64,000 nt of DNA, from NCBI RefSeq assembly GCF_009914755.1, contig NC_060931.1. The stretch is one strand, 5' to 3'. Made by a program: the position numbers and the translations under genes. Positions 13,632-29,392 of this stretch are shown here, piece by piece. The stretch is from the human T2T-CHM13v2.0 reference genome, Homo sapiens. Every line of letters begins with the position of its first letter. Within the stretch, counting starts at the first letter, position 1. Under the pieces are notes generated by a model. It searched no databases and had not been told where the DNA came from. It was given only the letters and a program-made list of their open reading frames with translations.

Positions 13632-15134
13632 CTACAGGGAAAAAGGAAATTAAACATTAGTTTAAAAAAATTAACTCGAAACCACCTGAAGTTTGAACAA
13701 TGACAACCAATCAAGCACAGAGTCCCTAGCAGTCTCAGAGAAAGGCCCCATGAAACAAAAAAGAACAACTCTCTGACTTGTATAGATTCTCCCCTACTTC
13801 CATTATTTAGCTAGGAAATACGGTGACTGGCTAAAATCAAGCTTGGTAAACCTTGATTCTTTTTCAAAGAGACAAAGTACGCAACAATTCATATCCTATA
13901 ATAGTAATTTGAATGCTGTGTGGCAAATCCTTCCTCTTGTGAAAAAGTGAAATATACTACGTAAAGTCTGAGGTCTAGAATAAACCAAAACCACAAAAAT
14001 TTTCCATTAATTTATAGGAAGTCTGGCATCAGAGCACAAAGAGCTAATATTAGTTAAGTGCTAAGAACTTTTAGTACATAAAAGAAGTAACAGTTTTACT
14101 GACGGATAAAACAGCAATGAAACAGATGTTCTGTGTTGAAGCCATCCTTCCCACTTAAGCTTAAGGATCCAAGCAATTTGTCACAACTTCTTTTCCCTGA
14201 CAAGGGAGGAAAGAAAATCAGACTTGAATAACTTCCGGAAAAGTCAATTCAGAATTAGAGGGAGACAGACTTCAAACAAATATAGACAAAAGAGGAAAGA
14301 ACTACTAACAGAAACAATGTAAAAATAACCACCTGGAACTCTGACAAGGAAGTGGAACAGATTTATCTTGCATACCCGCCCCAGCCATCTTGACTCACCA
14401 TGAGTCCTCCAATCTCCTGATTGGCCGTCCTATATGACTAGAGCCAGGCAGCAGAATCTATCCCTCATACAACTGAGAGAGGTCCCACTCTACCCACAGC
14501 AGAAAGGCAAAGCTGACACAGACAAATGGAAATTATGTGAGAAAACTCTAAGTAATAAGGAGGATTGATCAGAGATCTTATCTGAGTTATATGAGTTCCA
14601 CAGGGAAAGAAATGATGGCTGAAAGACAAGCAATCATCACAGAGAACCATATTAGCGTCACACTTTTCTAATACAAGCAGGGGGGCCAAAAGTCAGGTGA
14701 GTAAAGATAACAGACCACAGCATGAAATCAATGGCCACACTATATTATGCTTGTACCTGTTCCGGAAGTTATCACTTTTAGGAAACAGTTAAATCAGATG
14801 GAAACTGAATCGGAATATTTCAAGCTGGGGGGATACCCAATATAACCTATTTCATCAATTCTAAGAAAGAATTCAGATTTGTTTTTACACCTTATTCTCT
14901 CTGAACTTGGGATGCATCCTGCACCGCTGGAGGTTTCAGTCCTTGTCAGCCAGGGTGCAGTCACTACATAGCTGTGTGAAAACCTTCAGTCACGTGAGAT
15001 TGAAGTGTATTTCAGATTTGATGAGAAGTATGTAAGAAACACTGGTGAGCAATAAAACCAGTGACCTTCAATTAGAACTAAGTAACTGCAGTTATCAAGT
15101 ATAATTATGATGACAAGGTTACTGAAAGGAAACA

Positions 15135-16330
15135 TCATTCATTCATTCATTCATTCAAGAACAATTTCTTGAGTGCCTATTATCACCAGTAGCACTGTTG
15201 TGGGTGCTTGGGATGCTGTAGTCTCTGATACTCAGTGAGCTTAGATCCCAGGGAAGGAAAGAAGGTATAGACACACACATGTACCCTCCCACCCTGTCGG
15301 GTATCTTCCCTGGGAGTGGAACACCCAGGCAGAGGTTAAACAGCAAGTGAAAAAAGCAAAAAAGTCAATGCAGCTAAAGCTCAGAGAGAACGGTAGATAG
15401 CTAACTAGGATGGACAGGAGGCAGAAGGTCCTACAGAACTTGGGATTTTTACTCTGAATGTGAGGAGAAACCAAGGAAAGATCACTCTGGCTACGCTGTA
15501 AGTAACAAAAATGGTCCCAGGGATATTAGGCAGGAGCCCATGATACAGTGACCACATGACTGTACAGACTATCACAATCTATAGAGGGTGACACTGGCCT
15601 GGATTAGAGGTGGAGATATTCTGGAAATATTTCAGAGGCAGAACCAAAAGGATTTTCTGATTGACTGGAAGTGGGATGTAAGAAAATGAAGAGTCAGGAT
15701 GACTCCAAAGCTTCTGTAAGTTGCCACTTACAGGAAAGACTAGGGGAAGAATACTAGGGATAGGAGAGGAAGGGAAATGAGTTGGGTTTTAGGGATGTTT
15801 TGGGATGCCTATTAAATACCAAGGGGAAATGCAGGCAGTTAAATAAAAAAGCCCAGGATGTAGTGGCTTATGCCTGTAATCCCACTTTGGGAGGCCCAGG
15901 CAGGAGGACTGCTTGAGGCCTGGAGTTCAAGACCACCCTGGGCAACACAGGGAGACCCAATCTCCACAAAAATGGAAAAACTGCTCCAGCGTGGTGGCTC
16001 ACGCCTGTAGTCCTAGCTACTTGTGAGGCTGAGGAAAGATCATTTTAAGCCCAGGTATTCAAGGTTACAGTGAGCTATGATCATGCCACTGCACTCCTGC
16101 CTGAAGGACAGAGTGAAAGACCTTGTCATGTAGAATAAAATAAATTATAAAATAAAGCCCAGAGCTGGGGGGAGAGGTTGCGGCTGAGAATACACACTGG
16201 TGAGTCAATAGCAAATTGAAGAGAGGGGAAGATTACTTGAGAGCAAGTGCAGAGGAAAGGCCTGAGCCAGGGCACCCCATGTTGCCAAGTCAAAAAAATG
16301 CAGAAGATTCGGCCAAGAAGACTGAGATGT
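15135..16330 (-). mobile_element. L2 fragment interrupted by AluJ (15851-16150, +)
   Basis: (CATT)n L2 tail; gagtcaggatgactcca..gcttct; divergent Alu inside. Confidence 0.65.
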
Positions 16331-17781
16331 CATTGTACATAGTGTATAAAAGAAAAAAAAAAAAATAAACATTTGCATCTATCTTTGCATGTAAAAAGAA
16401 TGTAACTTGTCCTACTTGTAGCAGTAAAATGAAAAAGACCTTCCATCTTGCTGTCATAGGAAAACTGCCAGTTTTTTACTATAGAAAAAAGGGAGGTATA
16501 ATAAGAGATAGGATAGACTCGGAAATAATTCTACTGTCTCTCATTTTAACCTCATGTCAAAGTGGAAAGCTGGCTTTCTTCTGACATCACTCTCCTTGAG
16601 CCCCTTTCTCCCTGCCTCTTTGAATCACCAGAGAATCCATTTCCAACCTAAACCCCTGAAATTCTCCTAAGTAGACTAATAGCTATTTACTAGTAAATGC
16701 TACTAACCACGGTCATAGAGGTTTCTAAAATTTGGTGTTCACAAAGCAAGATTTGTGTTACTAAAGTGTGGTGAGGGCTCTTCATTCATACCCTACTGAG
16801 AAGTCCACACCCAGGACGCAGTGCCTTGAGAATGCTGCAACACCTAAGTGCAACCTCCCAACTTTCTGGAAGGCGCTTTGTCATTCACTAACAGTGCTAC
16901 CTTGAGATGGCAGAAGTCGGAAATTGCTGCTATGCTTGCTTTTTAGTTATAAACTACCACTAGCTTAATTTCAGCCTATCAATTTAGTTTGTATTGAGTT
17001 GTTAGATTAACACTACAGTAGATAATGAAGTACACTTGCATAAGTAGTACTTCTGCTTTAAAATTTCCCCAAACTAGAAAATATGTGGTTTTATTAATAT
17101 TATTCTCCTACACCCCTACTGTTAAAGATGACACAGTCCCAGAATTTTTGCTCACCATGACACTTCACTGAAATGTGTCACCACTGAGTGTTTGCTATAA
17201 CAGCTTGTTCTAATATTATAAAGTGTAAAATAACTACTAAATTATTTCCAGATCTACAGAGCAGTTTTTTAAAATCATGAAACCACCCACTTATTTATCT
17301 TGCTAGCAACAAGTTCATGATAACCTTTTCTTTTCTTTCTAATTCATTGTTATCACTGAACAATGTTTTTCTACCAAACAGTGGAGGAAAGGGTGGACGA
17401 AGGGCTCCTGCCCTGTGTTAGGTTATCAGAAGTGTGGTAAGTAGAATATAATGTCTGAACATGCCTCACGAACTTTTAATGGATACATATTCATATTTAT
17501 TTCTGCTCCTGCCTACAGACTTTAATAAACAAGTACTCTGAATTCATTTTTGAGGTAAAGAAGTCTTCATTATTGAACTGTAAGATGAGAAAAAATTTAA
17601 AATATGACCAAAGATGATGTTGATAGCCTCAAAAAAGTAGGGTCATATTACTCTGTTTCTGAGATAACATCAAGTTACATAAGTTGGACTTTCTTCTGAT
17701 CCATTACTTACTAAGAAAATGTATGTATATATAGCTCCATGATACACAACTCCATGACTTTCCTTCCAACTCAGTTTTTAC

Positions 17782-17922
17782 TTTTGAGACCACATCTTGC
17801 TCTGCTGCCCAGGCTGGAGTACAGTGACATGATTACAGATCACTGCAGCCTCAAACTCCTGGGTTCAAGTGATCCGCCTGTCTCAGCTGAGACTACAGGC
17901 ACACACCATCACGCCCAGCTAA
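17782..17922 (-). mobile_element. Alu right arm (AluJ/FRAM)
   Basis: cccaggctggagtacagtg...cacgcccagctaatt. Confidence 0.8.
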
Positions 17923-18387
17923 TTCCAGCTCAGTATGAAATGGCATGAGGATACAGCCACAATATCCACTTTTAGAGGCAGAGCTTACGAAGAAAACAAT
18001 CTTCTATTGTTCTGTTAATACAATTCCAAAATGAACCTTATTATTTCAAGGATCTAAAATCCTAAATTGCTTTGTATAGCAAATATTAAGGTCCAAGATG
18101 ATGATTTTCTTATGTTCTTATTCCAGTGGACAGAAAACCGAGCTTGTTCATCCAGCACTCACATTAATCTGCTCCTCACACTTGCTTACTATTATATAAT
18201 GACCAGCTAGACAAATCATAGGATGTAATCAGGACTCCTCCCTGTAGATACCCAGAGGTTACTTTCAAATATAACATCTTGAAAGGTTACTTTCAAAAAT
18301 ATTCCTGGAGTTAGTTTATCAACCAACAGGTTTCCTTCTCTGCTACCAGCACACTGCAACACAAAGGACAGCCAAATATTTTAAGCG

Positions 18388-18721
18388 AGGGGTGAGCAAA
18401 CTTTTTCTGTAAAGGGCCAGACAGTACCAGTAAATATTTTAGGCTTTGTAGGCCACCTGGTCTCTGCTCTTACTATTCAACAACTCTGCCATTGTACAGC
18501 ATGGAAAGGACAACATGTAAAGGAACAAGCATGGCTGTGTATCAATAAAACTTTATAGAGGTTAACATTTGAATTTCATATAATTTTCACATGCCAGACA
18601 TTATTCTTCTTTGGACTTTTATATATTATGCTTAAATGGAAAAACCTTTCTTAGCTCTTGGTCTGTATAAAGACAGGAAATGGGCCTTGCTGGCCTGCAG
18701 GCTGTCGTTTGCCAAGCTCTT
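18388..18721 (+). mobile_element. MER58B (hAT-Charlie)
   Basis: aggggtgagcaaactttttctgtaaagggccagacagta...gtttgccaagctc. Confidence 0.8.
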
Positions 18722-18982
18722 TACTGTCAGCCAAAGCATTCAAGTGATTCTCTTGCAAGCCTCCGGCCGGTGAAATATGCTTCGTGTCTAATATGCCAAT
18801 CAGGTGTTGATGAATCCCATGTTTAAATCTACATGTTCCTGGTGACAAATCCTAGATAAGTCCTGGTCTCAAGAATCTGAGAAACCTAGTTCCAGGGCCC
18901 ACCTGGGGTTCTAAGCCTGAAAAGACCAGCTTCCCTGCTTCAGATTATCCTTGGCGATCCCTAGAATCAAGATCTGTCTCAA

Positions 18983-19128
18983 AGCTGGGCACAGTGTTGT
19001 ATGCCTGTAGTTCCAGCCACCTGGGAGGCTGAGGAAAGAGGATCACTTGAGTCCAGGATATTGAGTCCAGCCTGGGTAACACTGTGAGACTCATGTCTCT
19101 TTAAAAAATAAAATAAAATAAATAAATA
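18983..19128 (+). mobile_element. Alu monomer (FLAM)
   Basis: gctgggcacagtg...tccagcctgggtaacac; A-rich tail. Confidence 0.75.
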
Positions 19129-19769
19129 GTCTCATGGTCCTAGAATCCATCAGGAATATTCTGAAACCATGGATTAAAATTGAACAAAGTAAAGGTCATG
19201 GCTGGTTCTGTCTTCCCTGCTTTTTTCTGCACATGGCCTAAAATGTCAACAGGCTTTTTGAGCCAACTTCTTTTTAATGCTGCAACTGCTCTATCCAATC
19301 CCAGAATAGTTCATTTCTCTTTCAAATCTTTAGGGCTGGAAAGAAGGGTATAGAGAAATGTGGGTGGGAGTACGGCTTCTGTAAGAATAAGGAACAGGGA
19401 TCTCGAGTGTTTTTCATTCTTTCAAGCTTGGAATCCCTGGAAACTGCAATGGCTGGGAGAAAGGGGGTGTGGGGGAGAAGACTGTGCTCTCCATTCCTGT
19501 TTTGGAGCAGATTCTGGAATTTGAAGATTCCAGTAATGGGCCAGACTCCTACTGACTTGAATTAATAATTTCTAGATGGCAGGGGATGCAGACATGGAAG
19601 GAAAAATCTTTCAGGGTAAAGTAGGTAAATCTTTTGCAAGTTTTCTTTGACCCCAATTGGGAGACACACAGAATTTACCTCCTGCACTCAAAGCCTCCAT
19701 GAATACACAATGGCTATTTTACACAAAAGAAGGCTTCTCAGTTTTTAAGTACTTGAAAACAATACTTAC

Positions 19770-19841
19770 TGTTTTCTATGGTTGGATCGTAGGAGTCCAC
19801 AAATTGGCCTTCAACAAATTGAATCGTCAATGAGGATTTCC
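19770..19841 (-). CDS. RHEB: RHEB coding exon 2 (72 nt; [25 protein letters not shown])
   Basis: tttatag acceptor, GTAAGT donor; encodes the GKS of the P-loop and switch I/effector region YDPT. Confidence 0.99.
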
Positions 19842-20280
19842 CTATAAAAGAGAACAAGAGCTTAGTGTGTGTTGGCATATGAAGGTAAAAATTTTTAATT
19901 TTGCTGTTTTATTAAAAAACCATTAATAGATGAAGACACTGAAGGTATCAGGGTCAGAAAACATTCATTTAATTAGCATGTGAGCAATTTCAAAAAATGA
20001 AATAAATTTCATTAATTTGCTTTATATGAGGATATTATGCAATTAAGCTATTACAAAGTAAACATGTCTGTGACATTAACAAATATTACTGACCAACAAG
20101 CACATCAGATATTCTGTTAAAGATAATCTAAAAGGTTTAAAGTAAGCTAATTTCCTCTAGTATTCTTGGAATCTTGCTATTTAATTTTAATATGAAAATT
20201 AAAATGATTAGTTTCGTTGTATTCATTCATATATGACGGTTAGAAGTGTTACCAAGTACAGCTTTTAAAAAGAGTAATCC

Positions 20281-20610
<330 letters not shown>

Positions 20611-21158
20611 TTAAAAACTCCTTTGAAGCTAGAAATCCTATGTCATTCAGTATGAAAGGCCTAGCAGTATCTAGAAATTAAGAAATGTTATGGATTTCAC
20701 AAAATCGCCAATAATTGAACTTGTATGTTAATAAATCAACAACTAGAGCCTTAGCTTCTCACTCTTCTGCTACCTAAAATGTCTACTGGAGGACTTTAGA
20801 ACAGGGTACATGCCCTGTGAAGAAATCGCATGAGATGCATAGTTCAGATGACTTTATCACCAGGAATGAGGAAGTGGTCTCTCCCTAATTTCACCTCCAA
20901 ACACTTCCTTCTCTCTTGCATCCTTGGAGCATTATTACACACATGCTGTATATGCCTGGCATACTTAACTCCATCACAACAGGACGTGCAGTGAGAGTGA
21001 AGGAGAGGCATGGTAACACCCATCTTACACTACTGGGTTTAATTTATGCTTGTTTCTCCTCCAAACTATGGATAGGTATAGTTGCACAATGTTTTCACAC
21101 CAAAGGCATTCCTTAAAATTTAAATTATTAAAAAGTTGGCTTAAAAGTAGTGGTTGCT

Positions 21159-21464
21159 GGCCGGGTGTGGTGGCTCATGCTTGTAATTCCAGCACTTTGG
21201 GAGGCTGAAGCGGGTGGATCACCTGAGGTCTGGAGTTCGAGACCAGCCTGGCCAACATGGTTGGTCCTGTCTCTACTAAAAATACAAAAAAAGTTACCCA
21301 AGCGTGGTGATGGGCACCTGCGATCCCAGCTACTCAGGAGGCTGAGGCAGGAGGATAGTTTGAACCCAGGAGGCGGAGGTTGCAGTGAGCTGAATGGCGC
21401 CACTGCACTCCACTCTGGGCAACAGAGTGAGACTCTGTCTTATAAAAAAAAAAAAAGAAAAAAA
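21159..21464 (+). mobile_element. AluS
   Basis: Full Alu with poly-A. Confidence 0.92.
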
Positions 21465-21663
21465 CTAGGGGTTGCTGAGAAGGAAAGGCCACAAGTTGGT
21501 AGACCTATTTACTCCTTATCCGCAGCCCAATACAGTTCAAAATGTCTCTAGAATTACTAATACCTGAAATTATTCTCTACAAAGCAACCTACATGAGCAT
21601 TTGAAAATTAAACGCTACTTCTCTGCTTCCAATCCTCATTGCAATTAGAATAAATTCTCAACA

Positions 21664-21968
21664 TTTTTTTTTTTTTTTTTTTTTGAGACGGAGTCTTGCT
21701 GTGTCACCCAGGCTGGAGTGCAGTGGTGCAATCTTGGCTCACTGCAACCTCTGCCTCCCGGGTTGAGGCGATTCTCCTGCCTCAGCCCTCCTGAGTAGCT
21801 GGGATTACAGGCACGCGCCACCACACCTGACTAATTTTTTTTGTATTTTTAGTAGAGACAGGGTTTCACCACATTGGTCAGGCTGGTCTCGAACTCCTGA
21901 CCTCATGATCCACCCGCCTCGGCCTCCCAAAGTGCTGGGATGACAGGCGTGAGCCACCGCGCCTGCCC
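21664..21968 (-). mobile_element. AluSg-like
   Basis: Full antisense Alu; flanks taaattctca/taaattccca. Confidence 0.92.
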
Positions 21969-24474
21969 TAAATTCCCAGCTTCTAACCGTGGCCCACAAA
22001 CACCAGGCCATCCCTGCTCTGGTTACCACTCTGACCTCATCCGCCAACAGCCCCCGACAACCCATCCTGAGGCTCCAGTCACATCCCTTCTGCTCCTGGA
22101 GTTCCTGCCTGCCTTGGCCCCTTTACTCTAGCAACCCCCACTGCCCCCATCTCTGAATATATGACTCATCTTTGTCATTCTGATCTGAGCTCAAATGTTA
22201 GTTTCACAGAGAAACCTTCAAGACCACCCTAAGGTAGTACCCATTCCTTAAAAGTCATTCTCATAGCTACTGTTTTATTAAGTTATTTGGAATGATATTC
22301 ATTTAGTGAACACTCCACTGAAGCCAGCACAGGGCCAGCCGACACATTGTAAACATTGAGATTTCTGAACAAATGAACGAAATTAAAGCGTAGATCTCCA
22401 AAGGTCACTCTTAGCCATTTAGATACTACAAAAGATCTCAATTTTATACAAATGAAATACAAAACACAGTTCAACAGAAATTAAGAAACAATTCAATTAG
22501 TATTTATTGGTACCTAATCACAGGCTTGCCTGTGATATAGGAATACAATAGTTTAAGAATTCCACAAATTTAAAATGAATTGTGTTGAAAAGAAACCATG
22601 TTATATATGCTAGCCTGTAAAGGAGAATTTAACTCAAAATACAGCAGAACTACTTCAGGTAACAAAAATAGCAAGAAGAAAACTCCTCTCATGTTATTGA
22701 AACTGAAAAATTAGAAGGAGTAAAAAAAAAACAAACTGTTATTTACACTGAATGCTACTGCTTAAAGAAATGAAATTTAATTAGAAAGAAAGAAGGGAAC
22801 AAACTTCTTAAGGGCTTTTGCAAGGTACTTCTAAGGACTCCAGTGGGCTTTTTATACCCTTATGTGGGTAGGATAAGGGTTTGTGGGGTTTTTGTTTTGC
22901 TTACAAATGGAAAGAAAGGAAAGAAAGCGATCATTTTCTCCCTAAAGATATGGGCAAGAGTTACAAAGAAAAAAGGAAATAATATAATTAAAAAGATTTT
23001 TGCAACATTTTGTGTAGTAGAACTGGACTAAAAATAGTGAAAGAGGGGCTAAGTATGATACATGGGATAAGCTCCCCAAGCACTGGGCAACCAGGAACCC
23101 CTGGATCAGACAGTCCTCTGAACTGGCACTGGCCAAGTCTCGACAACCTGACTTGCGGGAGTGAAGGGACGGGGGAAAAGAGCCTCAGGAGTTTCCCGTG
23201 AAATTCAGGAAGCCACATTTGAACAGAAAAGAAAGTTACACACATTAAACAAGACAGCATGAGATCAAGTGCAAAAACGGAGTGAGAGAAGAGCTCCTTA
23301 TTTGTATCACAATGGGCATACACTATTTGACAGGCTAAATTAACATTTCACTTGAAAACATAAGTAATCATTCCGGTAACAGACAATGTAGTCTAACCAA
23401 AATCACATCGCAGGTTGACAGCCAACTGTTGTTTTCATGAATAGTAAACTGGGATACCAGAATTTAAAACGTATTCCTCCAGGGTGGAAACTGGATTTTC
23501 AATCAGACTGGCCCTAGGAGAAAGGTACTGTTCATTAGCAGAAGTGGCACTGGAGAAAAACTACGTTTCCCTTGGGTCTCTCCTCCCTGGGGCTCTCCCG
23601 CCAAGGTGAGGTCATTAATTATTTAACTAATCCAGAAGGGATAGGAAGGCTATATTTGCTAACATGCTGTTTTTTGCCATTTCCATTAAAAAGTGCTATT
23701 ATTAACTAGTGTTGAAATCTTGACAAGTCAGCATTAAATGCTAATGAATCTTCATAAATAAACCCCACCGCTCATTTTCAAGTGTTCTCAGTTCCAGTTG
23801 TAATTTCTGGCTTTAAGGAGTGTCTTCTGGAGACGTAGTTCAGATCTTTTGGTTAGGTTTTTCTAGTTTGTTTGCAACCACAAAAAGGCATTGGTGATCT
23901 CTACTGTGATCACCTTTAACCTTTTTCTCTCAATAACTTCATATATTTACTTTGGCTTTTGTCCTTAGCAAATTCAGGTCTGGAAACACTGTTACTCGCT
24001 TGCTGAAGATAATCTCACACTCCAGATCAACTCTTTGGAAAAATGTTACATGAAAACTACACAGGAGTGATCCCAAATAAATGGAAAAGTAGCCCATACT
24101 CAGATGTGTGTTTATCCTCAAACACAAATCACTCATTTAATGACATAAATTACTATAAATGGTTTAAAAGGCAGTATCTCAATTCCTACAATTAACTGTC
24201 AAATACTCTTCCTCCAAACCAAAACCCATCTTAACTTTTAAAAATAAAAATTATTTTAAAAAATTCTTCTGAGCTTTTATCAGGGAACAGCATTGTATTA
24301 TTTTTTCCAATGATAAAATGGCACAGTGAGTTTCTCAGCTGGTATTTTCACTACAGAAGGTGTACTTTCAGGGGTGTTGACTCAATCTTATACCTCATGA
24401 TTATTGCAAAATAGGCACTGTTTACAGAATTATTTTAAGTTTTCAGATTAATATTGACTTTGTTATCATGCTTA

Positions 24475-24752
<278 letters not shown>

Positions 24753-25512
24753 CACGGTCTGTCCCCCCTCCCACCGACTCCCTACAAGCCCAGCATTTTC
24801 CCAGTTTATACATTGCTTGTTCATTGGGATATGATGGGGAAGACCAGATTTTCAATCTATTAACTAGTCTATCAAGGCATTCTGCAGAAGGGGGAGTCCA
24901 TTAGAACCGATGTAATGCATCTAGGACACAACCCATTCCAGGGCTGCTTTCACCACCTCAAATTCACAACATAACTTTAAGGGGCTTTGATGACCATGGA
25001 CACAAGCTAACAGTGGGCCTGAAAGCCCACTGGCCTTTGCACCAGTAATCCTCTCCATGCAACTTCAGCAACCCACCTCCTGAGCACACCAAGAAGTGCC
25101 TGGTCACCACCCAGACTGCTGTTCCTCTGGCACCTGCCCTTCTTCCCACCTATCAATCAATACACAGTATTCCCCAGTGGTCTCCCTTTCTGATTCTCAT
25201 CATCTAATCCAAACCATCTCTACCAGCAATGCTTTCAAATCAGTGGTGTGGCCTAACTATTCATGAAGTCAATATACTGAGCCATGACCCATACTATTTT
25301 TTTTTTTAAGAAATAGGAATCCCAGCATGGACTGCAAACAAGAAAGGTGTTATGAACCTTCTATCTCAGTTATACATACATTTATTACTGGGTCACAATG
25401 TAAAATGTGTTTCTTACTAAGGTGGCTACAGACGAAAAGGTTAGAAATATACTAAACCATGACCTTGAATCTCCAATCTCCACCAGGTTTCTTTCTTCCC
25501 TATACAGTATAA

Positions 25513-25915
<403 letters not shown>

Positions 25916-26089
25916 ACAAACCTCTATGATCTTAATCTAATCAACTGCCTTTGTGAGCCTATTGAGCTCAGCTACAGAAAATTCCACAACCATGTGGGCT
26001 GGTGACCCTTAGCAAGCTAAGGTCTATCCCTCCATGTCCCATTGCTTTAGAATACTGAGTGGCTTCTTCCTTGCCTCCAACAGTAGTAA

Positions 26090-26260
26090 TTCTTTCTCAA
26101 AGTGTGGGCCCAGCAGCTTAGTACTACAGGGTAACCTGTAACAAATGTAATTTATTGAGTCCCACTCAAATCTACTGGATGCGCAATTCCAGAATGGAAG
26201 TATGAACAAGCCCCCTAGGTGATTCAGCTGCACAGTTCAATGTTTAGGAACCACTGCCCT
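26090..26260. mobile_element. MER5A-like fragment
   Basis: ttctcaaagtgtgg.ccc...aacaagccccc.aggtgattc...gaaccactg. Confidence 0.65.
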
Positions 26261-26916
26261 CAGGCAGCAAGTTCAACTATTATCACCTATCGCCTCCAGA
26301 GTGTTCCCTAATCCTCCAGCTCCTACCAGCAACTCAGTTCATAATCACTTAAAGGACACCTACTATGGGCCAGGCACTGAGGATATGGCCATGATTAAGA
26401 CATGCTATGACTTCTGAGCTATGAGGACGGCACTCGCAATGTCCCGATCGCCGCTATCCTCTATTCACCCAGTGTCCCAGCCTTGGTGCACATGCATCAA
26501 ACACAGTGACTGGAGCTCCTGAGCTGGGCATGTAGCCCTGTCTGCCTTACACGGTCTGACGTTTTCACCGGAGGAAGAGTTAGCCACCCTCCCCTTCCAC
26601 AAAAGCTGTTCTATCCCCTTGTTCTCTAGATCCCACACTCCCTCCTGGTCTCCTCTGAACCTTCCTCCTCCTGAATTAGTTATAAACACATTTTTAGTTA
26701 ACTTCATTCCATGTGGCTTGTTATAATGGTATCTCTGAAATATTTAAATATACTTAAAAATCCAACGGGGCATATTGATTAGGCTCCCCTTTGCTCTCAG
26801 TGTTACAGGGAACTCTTGCTGGATGCTGCAGTAGTTGGGTGCCACACACTTGACCATGAAGATGAATGCACCTTACAGAAAATGATCTCAGCCACTTACA
26901 GCTCCATTTTACTCAC

Positions 26917-27008
26917 CTAAATTAAATGTGCCCATGGGGATGCACCTGTGCGCCCTGCAGAACTATAACACCACTCACAACAGGTGCGTAGGTCCTGGCT
27001 TGAGGAAC
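26917..27008 (-). other. Candidate 92-nt cassette (poison) exon in RHEB intron 1
   Basis: Acceptor cctgac-cttttccttgaag|G with branch-like CTGAC; donor TAG|GTGAGTAA; last 3 nt form an in-frame TAG. Confidence 0.55.
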
Positions 27009-27178
27009 CTTCAAGGAAAAGGTCAGGTAAATAGAGTTTAAAGTACTGGAGGCAATTAAGGAAGAGGAACAGAAGCAGCTCTCTAACTTTAGGGGAAACA
27101 TCAATGAAAGAAATCAAACATCAATGCAACCTGCAGAATAGAACTCAATGAGTACCACTGAATTGAAAGGATACAGTA

Positions 27179-27435
27179 GCTGTAATCCTAGCAATTTTGG
27201 AGACTGGGCTGAGGCTGGCAGATTTCTTGGGCCTAGGAATTCAAGACCAGCCCGGGCAACACAGTGAGACCCCCCCAGTCTCTATAAAAAAAATACAAAA
27301 AAAAATTAGCAGGGTGTGGTAGTGCACGCCCATGCTCCCAGGTACTTGGGAGGCTGAGATGGGAGGACCACTTGAGCCCGGGAGGTCAAAGCTGCACTCC
27401 AGCCTGGGTGACAGAGTGAGACCCTCTCTTAAAAA
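27179..27435 (+). mobile_element. AluJ (internally deleted)
   Basis: Divergent Alu. Confidence 0.8.
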
Positions 27436-27803
27436 GATACCACTGAAAAGCTACTGGGCAGAGGCAAGAGGCAAGAGGCAAGCTGTGACTTCTGGATGTC
27501 TACCTCCCTACTGACTAAATGATGACATTCCCGCAGAACAGCTATTAGGTTTCTTCCCTCCAGCTCGGTTACACATTTACTTAAACCTCTACCTAGTTTC
27601 ATCAGTTACAGACAGAATCCCTTTTGTAGAATAAGATTAACTCTCCAGTCGTCCTTTCTCCCAGCTCTACCTCCTAACAGCTGTATTTTTACAGTTCCAA
27701 GCATGGCAACATTCCATTCCATTCTGAATCCCAAGTTTTCAAAGATCTGACTATGGATTAATTCATTCATTTACTCAAGTATCTATCTGTTAAACAGCTA
27801 TTA

Positions 27804-28268
<465 letters not shown>

Positions 28269-28645
28269 TTAAACTCATGACTGTGGTGTGAATCCTAGCT
28301 GTGTCTTGAAGTTAAGCGCTCTGGGCCTCAAAATCTCTCTGCATCATAATGATTAAATGAAATCACAGATATAAAGCACAGTACCTGGCACCCATCACAT
28401 ACATATTCAGTAAACAGTTATTCAATTCTGTACCACAATCCCATATTCAATCAAGCCTTTCCCAAATTATGATCAACACCTTGAATCCACAAACACCAAC
28501 TGAAGTCCTACTCCACGTGTAATTGTGGAAGAGTTAGTATAAAATACCTGATTGAAACCTACAAGGAACCTGTAGTCTCAACAGGGAGAAAGGTACTACT
28601 AATTGAGAAAAGTCAAATATCACCCTCCTCCACTTTGGAAGTGTC

Positions 28646-28930
28646 TTTTTTTCGGAGACAGGGTCTCCCTCGGTTGCCCAGGCTGGAGTGCAGTAGAGCA
28701 ATCAGAGCTCACTGCAGCCTCCAACTCCTGGGCTGAAGGGATCCTCTTGTCTCAGCCTCCCAAGTAGCTGGGACTACAGGGTGTCCCCACCACACCCAGT
28801 GAGTTTTTTTTGTAGAGACAGGGTCCACCATGCTGCCCATGCTGGTCTCAAACACCTGGGCTCAAGCGGTCCGCCCATTCTGTCCTCCCAAAGTGCTGAG
28901 ATTATGGGTGTGAACCCACTGTGCCTGGCC
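28646..28930 (-). mobile_element. AluJ
   Basis: Divergent antisense Alu; flanks gtgtcttt/atgtcttt. Confidence 0.87.
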
Positions 28931-29392
28931 TGAAAATGTCTTTAAAAAAACATGCTGAAGATTTACTTTCAAAAGCCACTAAGGGTTTTCCAGTCAGAAG
29001 AGTGACATGAGAAGATGAAACATTAGGAAGATGAGAATGTGACTCTGAAAAATGGACTAGAAATAAAAACTGGACTTTTTTTAGTCCACTTCAACATAGG
29101 TACTTATTACAAACCAACAAAAAAAAGGAAAAAATTAATCTCTAAGAAAAAAATAAGAAAACCTTAAGAAGAAACAAAGTATGTACCTGGTTTCAAGACT
29201 TACTAGGAGTCTAAAGTAATTAAGACAGTGTGGTACTGGCATAAGGACAGACACAGATTAATGGAAGAAAATGCACACTCCCAAAATAGATCTATACACA
29301 TGTATCATCAATTGATTTTCAACAAAGAACGGTCTTTTTCAACAAATGGTGCTGAAACAACTGGATGTCAATATCAGAAAAAATAAAAGAGA

